From assembly GCA_964436185.1 (NCBI GenBank), contig CAYTDR010000001.1, positions 1-43,673 on the forward strand: a stretch of 43,673 bases of DNA, given 5' to 3'. A model generated the notes under the pieces. That model was not told the DNA's origin and did no database searches. It was given only the letters and a program-made list of their open reading frames with translations. A program made the position numbers and the translations under genes. This document shows, in pieces, positions 8,523-16,794 of this stretch; positions within the stretch are counted from its first letter, which is position 1, and each line of letters begins with the position of its first letter. This DNA is from an uncultured Candidatus Obscuribacterales bacterium. GTDB taxonomy: Bacteria > Cyanobacteriota > Vampirovibrionia > Obscuribacterales > Obscuribacteraceae.

Positions 8523-10346
8523 TCATTGCGACACAATTTCTCTCTTGGCAGCACCGGCGGGAATCTTCGGTTCCGGCTTCAATAACAGGATTGTCGGCAA
8601 ACCGTCCTTTTGTAAAAATCGGCCGACCTCTCTTATTTGCAACTGGTTCTTCTCAAGATACATTTTCAAGTGCTTCATAGGTTGATTGAGCTGTGTGGTC
8701 TCCGGCGTATGAACCACGAAAAGGACGTTCTTTCTCCTCAGAAGCTGGTTGAGCGTTTCATCGGTCTTTTGGTCGACGTCCTTGCCAACCAGCTCCAGCG
8801 TATACTCTCTGCCATGGAACTGCCCTTTGGTCAATGGAACCAACTGGTGCATGATCCCGTAGTCGAAGAAAGCATAGTAGTAGTTCTTGTGCGCATTCAT
8901 ATAGTCCGCTAGCTGATAGGAAGCATCGGACCAAATGCCTCTGCCACCGAACTGCCTATATTCCTCGGCATAGCGAAAGACAGCGATATAGTTTGATACC
9001 ACACCAGCCACCAAACACAGACTAATCAAATCGCGCTTGAGCGTTTGCTTTTGTTCTTCGGCTATCAGCCAGACTCGCATGAAGGCATACGCGATAAGAA
9101 TCTGGAGAAATGGATATAAATTGAAGAAATGATGTGGACCGTAAGACTGGCGAGTCAGCAGTATTTCAACAAATAAGACAACAAGCATGACCAAAACAAA
9201 CCGCACGCATCGGTTCTCGAACAGTCGGTCGGACGGCTTGTAAAGCAGATAGGCAAGAATCAAGAAGCCAAAGAAACACAGAAACGGAAAGAAGGTATGG
9301 GGAGAAGGAGTGACACTGGCGAGCGATTTCTCGAGCGCTGGAGTTCGGGCAAGAAGCTCTCCTGCCCAGCTCGTGTAGGGAGGCCAGAATGGGGGCTTTC
9401 CGTTGGTTAGTTCGTAAAAGCCTGAGCCATCGAGAGTGCCAAGAAGCACATTCAATTTCTGGGAAAATGGAATGGGGAAAAACGTAGTTCTCCGCCAGAA
9501 GACGAGCAAGAGAGTATTAGGCACCGGAAAGTTGTGCACCCAGAGCGGCAGCCCACCGCAGGCGAAACCAAGAGTGAAGACCAACCAGCGCATAGCGTTC
9601 TCTTTGCTCTCCAGCAAGGAGCCTCGAATTCCCGTCTTCAGCACTGTCTTGAGTGCGTTGAAAATAGGCTCTCGCCGGTCGAATAAAAGGGCTGCTAAGA
9701 AGGCGATTATGAACCAGGCAAACTCGAGTTTGTCCCAGAGCCCGAAGCCGGCAAATAGACCGACGAAGAAAAGACTATAAAAGCAAGGACCCTGCATGCA
9801 TTTAACAGCAAAGTACATGAATGCTACTCTGCAGAGCGTTGCAATAGTAGAAGGTCCGTGATCCATTCTGAAGCTCGCGATCGTGTTCGGATCGGAAGCA
9901 AAGAGGATGGTTGCAACCACAGCAACAGCGACGCCGAACATGCGCCTTGTCAGCAGATAAGTGAGGACGACGGTAACCAAGCCGATGATGATGGAAGGCA
10001 GCCGGATTGACATCGCGCTTGGTGGCACCAGTGCGAACAGCGGCGCATACAGAAGTGACTTGGAAAGACCGATGTGACCCTGAGACATGATCGGGATTAC
10101 ATGGCCGAACAACTCGATTTTGCGAAAGGCAAAAAGCTCGGGAAACGGACAGCCCAGAGCGACGTTACAGAAATAGGTCTCATCAGGAGCGAGACCGGGC
10201 GACTGGATGTGAAGACAGGAAATAAACAGGTTAGCCGCGCAAACAGCTATAAGGAATAGGTATTCGAACAGCACGAATCGGGCGGCCCCGGATGCCTCAC
10301 CCGTGAGAATCTTGCTGTCCGCAGACACGTTCAATTTCGAATTCAC
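8523..10346 (-). CDS. GT-C fold membrane glycosyltransferase (ArnT/PMT-like, GT39/GT83-type) with C-terminal soluble domain
   Basis: 607-aa ORF with a GTG start and more than 10 TM segments. Acidic 'APDETYF' motif in the first extracytoplasmic loop. Overall layout matches ArnT/PMT_2 proteins. Confidence 0.6.
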   Translation of the reverse strand: MNSKLNVSADSKILTGEASGAARFVLFEYLFLIAVCAANLFISCLHIQSPGLAPDETYFCNVALGCPFPELFAFRKIELFGHVIPIMSQGHIGLSKSLLYAPLFALVPPSAMSIRLPSIIIGLVTVVLTYLLTRRMFGVAVAVVATILFASDPNTIASFRMDHGPSTIATLCRVAFMYFAVKCMQGPCFYSLFFVGLFAGFGLWDKLEFAWFIIAFLAALLFDRREPIFNALKTVLKTGIRGSLLESKENAMRWLVFTLGFACGGLPLWVHNFPVPNTLLLVFWRRTTFFPIPFSQKLNVLLGTLDGSGFYELTNGKPPFWPPYTSWAGELLARTPALEKSLASVTPSPHTFFPFLCFFGFLILAYLLYKPSDRLFENRCVRFVLVMLVVLFVEILLTRQSYGPHHFFNLYPFLQILIAYAFMRVWLIAEEQKQTLKRDLISLCLVAGVVSNYIAVFRYAEEYRQFGGRGIWSDASYQLADYMNAHKNYYYAFFDYGIMHQLVPLTKGQFHGREYTLELVGKDVDQKTDETLNQLLRRKNVLFVVHTPETTQLNQPMKHLKMYLEKNQLQIREVGRFLQKDGLPTILLLKPEPKIPAGAAKREIVSQ

Positions 10347-10405
10347 TCATGAATACAGGTGCTGTCGCCAGGGACCCAGCAGTCGCGAGGTCCCTGACTA
10401 GAATA

Positions 10406-13400
10406 CTACATATCCACGCCGAAGAGCTGGAACGCCGCCCAAGACTTGGGTCTGCGATCGTTGGAAAGAGACAGCAGTTGTGCCTGACGGAGTGACTGCG
10501 CATCATTCATCCCCGACTTCTTATTCTTATAGAAGTTGGCGAGCTCGATGTTATGTGCTGCTCCGGGTTGGCTCCACAGGCTCATCATCACGTTGCGGGC
10601 ACCGGCGTACTGAAGTCCGCGGGAGAAAACCTTGACAGCTTTTCCACCGAAACGGGCTCCGCTCACCGATGTTCCACTCAAGACGACCAGGTCTGAAGGC
10701 AGACTGAGCTCGAAGAGATTGCGAGCGACAGCTCCCTGTGCAACCTTCGGCTGTTCGATGGGCTTGGTCTTCTCGCCACCGCTCAGCTCTGCGACATCCA
10801 CGGCCAGGGGCGGAGGAGCAAAGGTGGAGAACGGAATCTTGGAGTCAATCGGATCTTGATCGGAGATCGAAATCGGACTGGCCAGATGTAATACAGCCTT
10901 GCCCTGTACCTCTTTCTCCAGGTCTCCGAGTTGCAAACCGTTTGCTGGAATGGTGAAGACCGGGTCAGGTCTGACAGCGGTTGAAATCTCGTTGACCTCG
11001 TTTTGCTCGTTGTTGGCGTTCTGGTTGGTAGCCACGAGAATACTGAGCTGAGAGGTGGACGGCGCTGTCCTGTCGAACGCTTCTCTCATAGTCGAAACCA
11101 TCGTCAGAAGATGATTCTCAACCAGGAATTTGTCGTTCTCGTCGATTAAGGCAGCAAAAGGCAGGTTGAACAGAACACCATCAGGGATGATGACTATCTG
11201 ACGATCGTCACTGACCGGCAGGAAGCTGCGCACCGACTGAGGCAAGAGCTCTTCGTAGAGCGTCTTCAGGACGGTCTTCTCGGCTTCTTGCATCTCGGCG
11301 GGGTTTATCGCTCCGGCAAGTATTGATCCTACTTGTTTGGTCAGAGCCGCCTCGCCGATCGGCAAAACGGTGGCAGAAATTCGTCCAGCTGGATCGACGG
11401 TGAAGACGACACTAGACTTTTCGCCGATCAAATAATCGAGGAAAGTGATCTTGTTCTTGCTCGCGGTTTCAACAATCTCTCTCACCGTTGTCGGATAAGG
11501 AGCGATGAAACGAGCGATCGCTTTGTCTTCTCTTGCTAAAGCAGAGAAACGTGTGAGCCAGGTGGTCCATTCCTTTGTTAGATCGGAAGGCTTGATGTTG
11601 GTTTCGGCAGCATTTAAATGTGCTCGCTCTCTGGTCAAGTCGTCAAAAACGTCTTTGTGCGCTTTCTTGACCTCACCACCTTCTCTGAGCCAGCCAGAGA
11701 TGAAGTCTTCCTCTTTCAGTTGCTCTGCAATGAGAAGGGCTTGTTCCGCCAGTCCTTGAGAGGCCAGGAGAGCGACAAGCTGTTGTCCGTACTCACGTCT
11801 CGTAGACATGAATCTCAGGAATTCAGCCGACGGGAAGTTACCTGCCTGAGGGGAGCGGAAGTGCGAGAGTGCTTCGATCAAAGTCTCCTTCGCATCGTCT
11901 TCCTCTTTGTTTTCAAGCTGGAGCTGCGCCTGCACGGTAAGGGCTCGCCACATAGCCATATCATCAGACGTTTCTTTGCCTAACTTGAGAGCCACGTCGA
12001 GATACTTCTGCGAATTTTCCGTATCGCCCAGTTTATGAGCAACCTCGGCAAGCGAGACGTAGAGCCGCGTTCGAATCACATGATAATCTTTCGGATTCTT
12101 TTGCAGGATTGGCAAAACTGTACGCAGGTGGTTAACAGCGTCTCTGTATTTGCCGACGCGATACTCGACAGCAGCGATGTTGCAGAGAATCATGATCTGC
12201 ATCCGCACCCTGGTCGGTTTGATTAATCCCTGCAAATCGAGAGCCTTTTCAAAATAGCTAACGGCATTGAACGAATCACCCGCATTTGCGTGCATTACAC
12301 CGAGAGCGTTGAGGCACTCAGCATGCGGATAGGTCTTACCACTGCGCTCGAAATAAGGGACGATGCTGCCCAGGATTTTCTCAGCAATCTCTTCTTCGCC
12401 AACAGCGATTTGCGAGAAGGCATAGCCCATGAGGAGATTGGCCTTCCCTTCTTTGTCCAGGACTGATTCATCGTACTTGCCGGCCAGCCTGTAGGCTTCT
12501 TTGTAAGACGCGTTGGCCTCAGGGAATTCTCCCAAAACATACTGAGCGTTAGCCAGCGAAGCAAGCGCGCTGATCATGGCTCTGTCGTTTTTAGATCGCT
12601 TAGCGACTGCAATGGCTTTATGCGCTTCCTCGAGCGAGGCGACATAGAATCCGAGCTCACTCAGAAGTCCCGCAATCTTGCAGTGCATTGTCAGCGCCTC
12701 AGGAAGATTGTTGCCCTGGGCTGAATATTTGGCTGACTCCTGGAAATAACGGATAGCCTCTTTTAGTTTATTGAAACGCAGAGCAAGAGCACCAGCCAGT
12801 CTCATAAGGCTGGCGGCCTCGTTGGAATCTGTCTCCGGCCGGTTGAGCAGATGCTTCATGGCCAGATCGAGTTGGCGCAGTGCCCAGAGCGGATTATCGA
12901 GACCAAAATATGCCTGAGCCAGGGCGATTCTTGCTTTACCCAACTGCACTTCGTCATTGATAGCAGAAAGAACCTCGACAGCATTCTCGCCGAGGTGACG
13001 TGCCTTCACCCATTTGCCTTGGGTGAGGTAAACCTTACACATTCCGATTAGAGCTTGGCCTTGCCCGTGGGTGTATTTCATCTCAATGGACATGCCGTAG
13101 GCTTCTTGCCAACGTAACAGAGCGTCCTGGAACTCACCCCTATTAAAGTGGTCGTTGCCCGTCTTGATAAGCTTATCTGCCTTATCTATGGACTCCGGGG
13201 TGCGTGGCGCTTCCAATACTTCAGTTAGCTGGCGAACATTCTTTGGACGAATTTCGCTCATCGTGCTCTGATCGTTCTGCGATTGAGAGAGAATTTCTTT
13301 GGCAAGCGGCGTGAGCGGCTTGGGAGCTGCCTTTTCATCCTGGGCCAGCGCGCTGCTGACTGTATTGACCGCAAGTAATGAGGCTAGACCTGTTGCGATT

Positions 13401-13420
13401 ATTCGGTTTTGGATACTCAT
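10406..13420 (-). CDS. Secreted TPR-repeat / CHAT-domain protein with substituted catalytic dyad
   Basis: Start placed at the ATG at 13420 ('MSIQNRIIATGLASLLAVNTVSSALA', with AGGAAA RBS). Many TPR units. The C-terminal CHAT signature is 'IVIIPDGVLFNLPFAAL', 'VLHLASPISI' and 'DLVVLSGTSVSG...YAGARNVMMSLW'. Confidence 0.8.
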   Translation of the reverse strand: MSIQNRIIATGLASLLAVNTVSSALAQDEKAAPKPLTPLAKEILSQSQNDQSTMSEIRPKNVRQLTEVLEAPRTPESIDKADKLIKTGNDHFNRGEFQDALLRWQEAYGMSIEMKYTHGQGQALIGMCKVYLTQGKWVKARHLGENAVEVLSAINDEVQLGKARIALAQAYFGLDNPLWALRQLDLAMKHLLNRPETDSNEAASLMRLAGALALRFNKLKEAIRYFQESAKYSAQGNNLPEALTMHCKIAGLLSELGFYVASLEEAHKAIAVAKRSKNDRAMISALASLANAQYVLGEFPEANASYKEAYRLAGKYDESVLDKEGKANLLMGYAFSQIAVGEEEIAEKILGSIVPYFERSGKTYPHAECLNALGVMHANAGDSFNAVSYFEKALDLQGLIKPTRVRMQIMILCNIAAVEYRVGKYRDAVNHLRTVLPILQKNPKDYHVIRTRLYVSLAEVAHKLGDTENSQKYLDVALKLGKETSDDMAMWRALTVQAQLQLENKEEDDAKETLIEALSHFRSPQAGNFPSAEFLRFMSTRREYGQQLVALLASQGLAEQALLIAEQLKEEDFISGWLREGGEVKKAHKDVFDDLTRERAHLNAAETNIKPSDLTKEWTTWLTRFSALAREDKAIARFIAPYPTTVREIVETASKNKITFLDYLIGEKSSVVFTVDPAGRISATVLPIGEAALTKQVGSILAGAINPAEMQEAEKTVLKTLYEELLPQSVRSFLPVSDDRQIVIIPDGVLFNLPFAALIDENDKFLVENHLLTMVSTMREAFDRTAPSTSQLSILVATNQNANNEQNEVNEISTAVRPDPVFTIPANGLQLGDLEKEVQGKAVLHLASPISISDQDPIDSKIPFSTFAPPPLAVDVAELSGGEKTKPIEQPKVAQGAVARNLFELSLPSDLVVLSGTSVSGARFGGKAVKVFSRGLQYAGARNVMMSLWSQPGAAHNIELANFYKNKKSGMNDAQSLRQAQLLSLSNDRRPKSWAAFQLFGVDM

Positions 13421-13983
13421 CAATGCCAGTTTCCTACTTTTGGTTGCCGAGTGGAACTTTGATTGTGTCCGGTGTTGAGGGCGAGACCGCTCTATAAGAG
13501 GAGGAGAGACAGATAGCGCAATGACTTTCAGCCGCTCCATCCGGACAGCCTTATCGTAAGGCAAACGAACGCCAATTTTCTCGGAGGTTAACGGTCCTTT
13601 CAAGTTATATGGGCAAAAAATAAGGTTGTTGAGAGAATCTTGCAACGTGCCTCAAATGGCTTGACTAGAAACGTTTTATACGCGCTTGACAAAGCAGGAT
13701 GTGATGACGCTCATAACCATAAGTATGGATGTATCCATTGGCTGGAACCGCGAGGAAGGTTTGGCTGACGACGATGGTCCTGGCAACTAAGTTATCGATC
13801 ATGTTAAGAAAATAGAATCTTGCCTGGAGCAGAGCGACAGTAATTTTGGCGACGAGACAGGATATTTGCTACCCTTCTTCTACGTCATTCATAAACCAGT
13901 CCTCTGGCAGACAGGTTTTCGCACGAATTCACCAAAGCGTGTTCGGCAGGAAGAATTCACGGCGCTGGAAATAGGGAACCTAC

Positions 13984-15672
13984 ATGCAGGCACGCAAAGT
14001 CGCCATACAACTTATACAAGAGCGGGAGTTCGACGTAGCCATAATCGGTGGCGGCATTGTCGGGGTGGGCATCGCACAGAATGCGGCTGCTCGCGGTCTT
14101 TCTGTCGCGCTGGTTGAGAAGGCGGACTTCGCATCGGGCACATCGAGTAAGACCACGAAACTGATTCACGGTGGATTACGCTACCTGGAGCAATTCGACT
14201 TTCGTCTCACGCGAGAGCTCTGCCAGGAGCGGGGGCTGCTCGAGCAGCTGGCGCCGCAGTTGGTGCGTGACTTCAGCTTCATCTTGCCATTCAGCGACGC
14301 GAACAAATTCTTCGCCTTCAAAGCCCGCTGCGGTCTCGCCTTGTATGACCTGCTGGGCTGGAACGCCCAGGGTATGAGACGCCATCAGAGTCTGACACAA
14401 AAGGAAGTCCTGGGCTTCGCTCCTTCGCTATCTGCGGACAAAGTAGCAGCTGGATTGCGGTTTCACGACTGTATTACCGATGACGCCAGGCTAGTACTGG
14501 AAGTGCTCAAGTCAGCCTGCGACAGAGGAGCGGTGGCGGCCAATTATTTAGAAGCAAAAGGATTCGAACTCGAAGGCGGGCGTGTAGCCCGCATAACATT
14601 GAGAGACAGGTACAGCGGGCAGGATATCCTCCTGCGCTGCAAATCGTGCGTCAACGCCACAGGCGTGTGGTCGGACGAACTGATGTCCCAGATTGACTCT
14701 TCCTGGGTGAAGCAGGTGGCACCAGCCAAAGGCGTGCATCTGATGCTGCCTGCATCGGCGTTCGAGACCAACACAGCGCTGTTTTTGCCCACTTTGATGA
14801 AAGATGGACGATATGTATTCGTCGTTCCCTGGCAGAAAGCCATCATGGTCGGTACCACTGATACCAGGTACAGCGGCTCGTTAGACTCTCCATTGCCCCA
14901 AGAGGACGAGATCGACTACCTGTTGAGCGTACTCAACAGTTACAGTCGCACAACCAAATTGAACCGCAGTGACGTAACAGCCGCCTGGGCAGGGCTCAGA
15001 CCTCTCGTCAGGGGTGACTCAGCCGATTCCAAGAACGGCGCATCCAGCGCGGCCACATCAGGTCTTTCCAGAGAACATGAGCTTCTCGAAGGACCCGGCG
15101 GCATCCTCGGATTAATCGGAGGCAAGCTGACCAACTTCCGCATTCTCGCCAACCAAGTTACAGAAAAGTTGAAGACTGTCCTTCCTCCTGAGACCAGTCA
15201 AGCAATGCGAGATGCTGAGACCGATCATATTATGTTAGGCGGCTGGAACAATAAGGAAGACTACTTGAAGAGCTCGGCCGAAATCTCAGCACGGTCACGA
15301 AAGGCTGGAATCGAGCCGGCTTCGCTGGACCATCTCCTGGCGAGCTATGGCAAGGATGCGCTCAAGATCGTGGAGACAGTGGAACGAGACGCGATGCTGA
15401 ATAAGCGAATTTGCTCGGAGTTCCCTCCCATCATGGCTGAAGTAGCTTTCGCCGTGAAGCACGAAATGGCTGTTTCCCTCGAGGACATACTTTTTCGCCG
15501 CATCAGACTGGCGTTTGTGCACCAGGAGCAGTGCCTGCTTGCAGCAGAACAGGTAGCACGATTGGTGCAGTCGCTTATCGGCTGGGATGACACCAGGCGT
15601 AATATGGAAGTAGATGCGCTATGCGCAACACTCAAAGACCACTTGGAATGTAAACAGACATCGTCTGCCTGA
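13984..15672 (+). CDS. glpD: FAD-dependent glycerol-3-phosphate dehydrogenase/oxidase
   Basis: 'FDVAIIGGGIVGVGIAQNAAARGLSVALVEKADFASGTSSKTTKLIHGGLRYLEQ' is the classic GlpD N-terminus. Length is 562 aa. Confidence 0.85.
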   Translation: MQARKVAIQLIQEREFDVAIIGGGIVGVGIAQNAAARGLSVALVEKADFASGTSSKTTKLIHGGLRYLEQFDFRLTRELCQERGLLEQLAPQLVRDFSFILPFSDANKFFAFKARCGLALYDLLGWNAQGMRRHQSLTQKEVLGFAPSLSADKVAAGLRFHDCITDDARLVLEVLKSACDRGAVAANYLEAKGFELEGGRVARITLRDRYSGQDILLRCKSCVNATGVWSDELMSQIDSSWVKQVAPAKGVHLMLPASAFETNTALFLPTLMKDGRYVFVVPWQKAIMVGTTDTRYSGSLDSPLPQEDEIDYLLSVLNSYSRTTKLNRSDVTAAWAGLRPLVRGDSADSKNGASSAATSGLSREHELLEGPGGILGLIGGKLTNFRILANQVTEKLKTVLPPETSQAMRDAETDHIMLGGWNNKEDYLKSSAEISARSRKAGIEPASLDHLLASYGKDALKIVETVERDAMLNKRICSEFPPIMAEVAFAVKHEMAVSLEDILFRRIRLAFVHQEQCLLAAEQVARLVQSLIGWDDTRRNMEVDALCATLKDHLECKQTSSA

Positions 15673-15765
15673 CAGACGCTGCTAAGATTGAAGAGTTTTG
15701 CACGGAACGAGTAAGGTCGGTTCGAATTCCTGACTAGTTTAGGTTACTGTCGAGGGAGGCGCTGG

Positions 15766-16794
15766 GTGAGCAAGCTGAAAGTACTGGTGATGGGAAAGAT
15801 GGCTCAAAGCGCCATTGATAAACTGGCTGAATATGCCGATTTCGATGAGATCATGCGCGATGATACACTGTCGCAAGCCGAGCTCGAAAAACATCTGCAA
15901 GGTAAGTCTGCCATCATTTGCGAGCCGCTCGACAAGATCTCACCAGAGTTGCTCGACGCTTGTCCGCAACTCAAACATATCTCCAATCGAGCCGTCGGAT
16001 TCGACAACATTGAATTGGAAGAAGCGACTAAACGGGACGTTCTTGTCACCAACACGCCCGGAGTACTCGACAACGCCACTGCCGACCTCGCCTTTGCACT
16101 GCTGCTCGCTTGCGCGCGCCGAGTAGTGGAAGCAGATCGCTACATCAGGGCAGGCCGCTGGAAAGGTTTCGGTTCCAGCCTCATGCTTGGCCCCGACCTT
16201 TACGGCAAAACGATAGGCATCGTCGGCATAGGAAGGATAGGAACTGCCTTCGCCAAACGAGCAAAGGCATTCGGACTGGAGATTGTCTACACGAGAACAT
16301 CACCCCCCGGAGCGCTCGATCAGTCCTTGACGGAAGAGTTCGGTGCCAGAAGGGTCGAGCTGGAAGAGCTGCTTTCTGTCTCGGATTTCATCAGCATCCA
16401 CTGCCCTCTCAACCAGTCGACACGGAAGCTCATCGGTGCACGCCAATTAGATATGATGAAGCCTGGTTGCATTCTTATTAATACGGCCCGTGGTGCCATC
16501 ATCGACCAAGCAGCGCTCATGGATCACCTGAGAACAGGCAAAATAGCCGGAGCAGGGCTAGATGTGTTCGAGAATGAGCCTAACGTTCCACACGAGCTAA
16601 TGGAGATGGAGAATGTGGTGTTGACACCGCATATAGCATCAGCTTGTGTGGAGACACGCAGGATGATGGCGGAGCTGGCAGTGAAGGCTGTGATCGATGC
16701 CTCTCACGGCAGGCGTCCAACTCATCTCCTCAACCCGTTCTCATGGGACAAGTTTACAAGCAAGCTCGAAATGAGGGCAGGCTCCAATGGATAG
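15766..16794 (+). CDS. D-isomer-specific 2-hydroxyacid dehydrogenase (glyoxylate/hydroxypyruvate reductase-like)
   Basis: NAD-binding 'GIVGIGRIGTAFAKRA', plus 'NTARGAIID', 'LDVFENEP' and 'LTPHIAS'. GTG start preceded by a GAGGGAGG RBS. Confidence 0.85.
   Translation: MSKLKVLVMGKMAQSAIDKLAEYADFDEIMRDDTLSQAELEKHLQGKSAIICEPLDKISPELLDACPQLKHISNRAVGFDNIELEEATKRDVLVTNTPGVLDNATADLAFALLLACARRVVEADRYIRAGRWKGFGSSLMLGPDLYGKTIGIVGIGRIGTAFAKRAKAFGLEIVYTRTSPPGALDQSLTEEFGARRVELEELLSVSDFISIHCPLNQSTRKLIGARQLDMMKPGCILINTARGAIIDQAALMDHLRTGKIAGAGLDVFENEPNVPHELMEMENVVLTPHIASACVETRRMMAELAVKAVIDASHGRRPTHLLNPFSWDKFTSKLEMRAGSNG

Noticed and set aside
11514-11521. HIP1 (GCGATCGC) enrichment as a cyanobacterial signature; second copy at 29637-29644
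   Set aside because: I found only two exact copies in 43.7 kb, which is not clearly above chance for an 8-mer palindrome.
10406-13420. TPR-CHAT as a type III-E CRISPR-associated Csx29-like protease or other defence caspase
   Set aside because: No cas7-11/gRAMP, CRISPR array or other defence genes are nearby. The protein has a secretion signal, and both catalytic residues are substituted.
13421-13645. 75-codon N-terminal extension of the TPR-CHAT ORF
   Set aside because: A canonical signal peptide with an AGGAAA RBS begins at the ATG at 13420. The upstream residues look non-protein-like and would place the signal peptide internally.
15715-15730. tRNA-like T-arm sequence GGTCGGTTCGAATTCC downstream of glpD
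   Set aside because: The flanks do not form the T-stem (GTCGG versus TCCTG). No acceptor, D or anticodon arms can be drawn.
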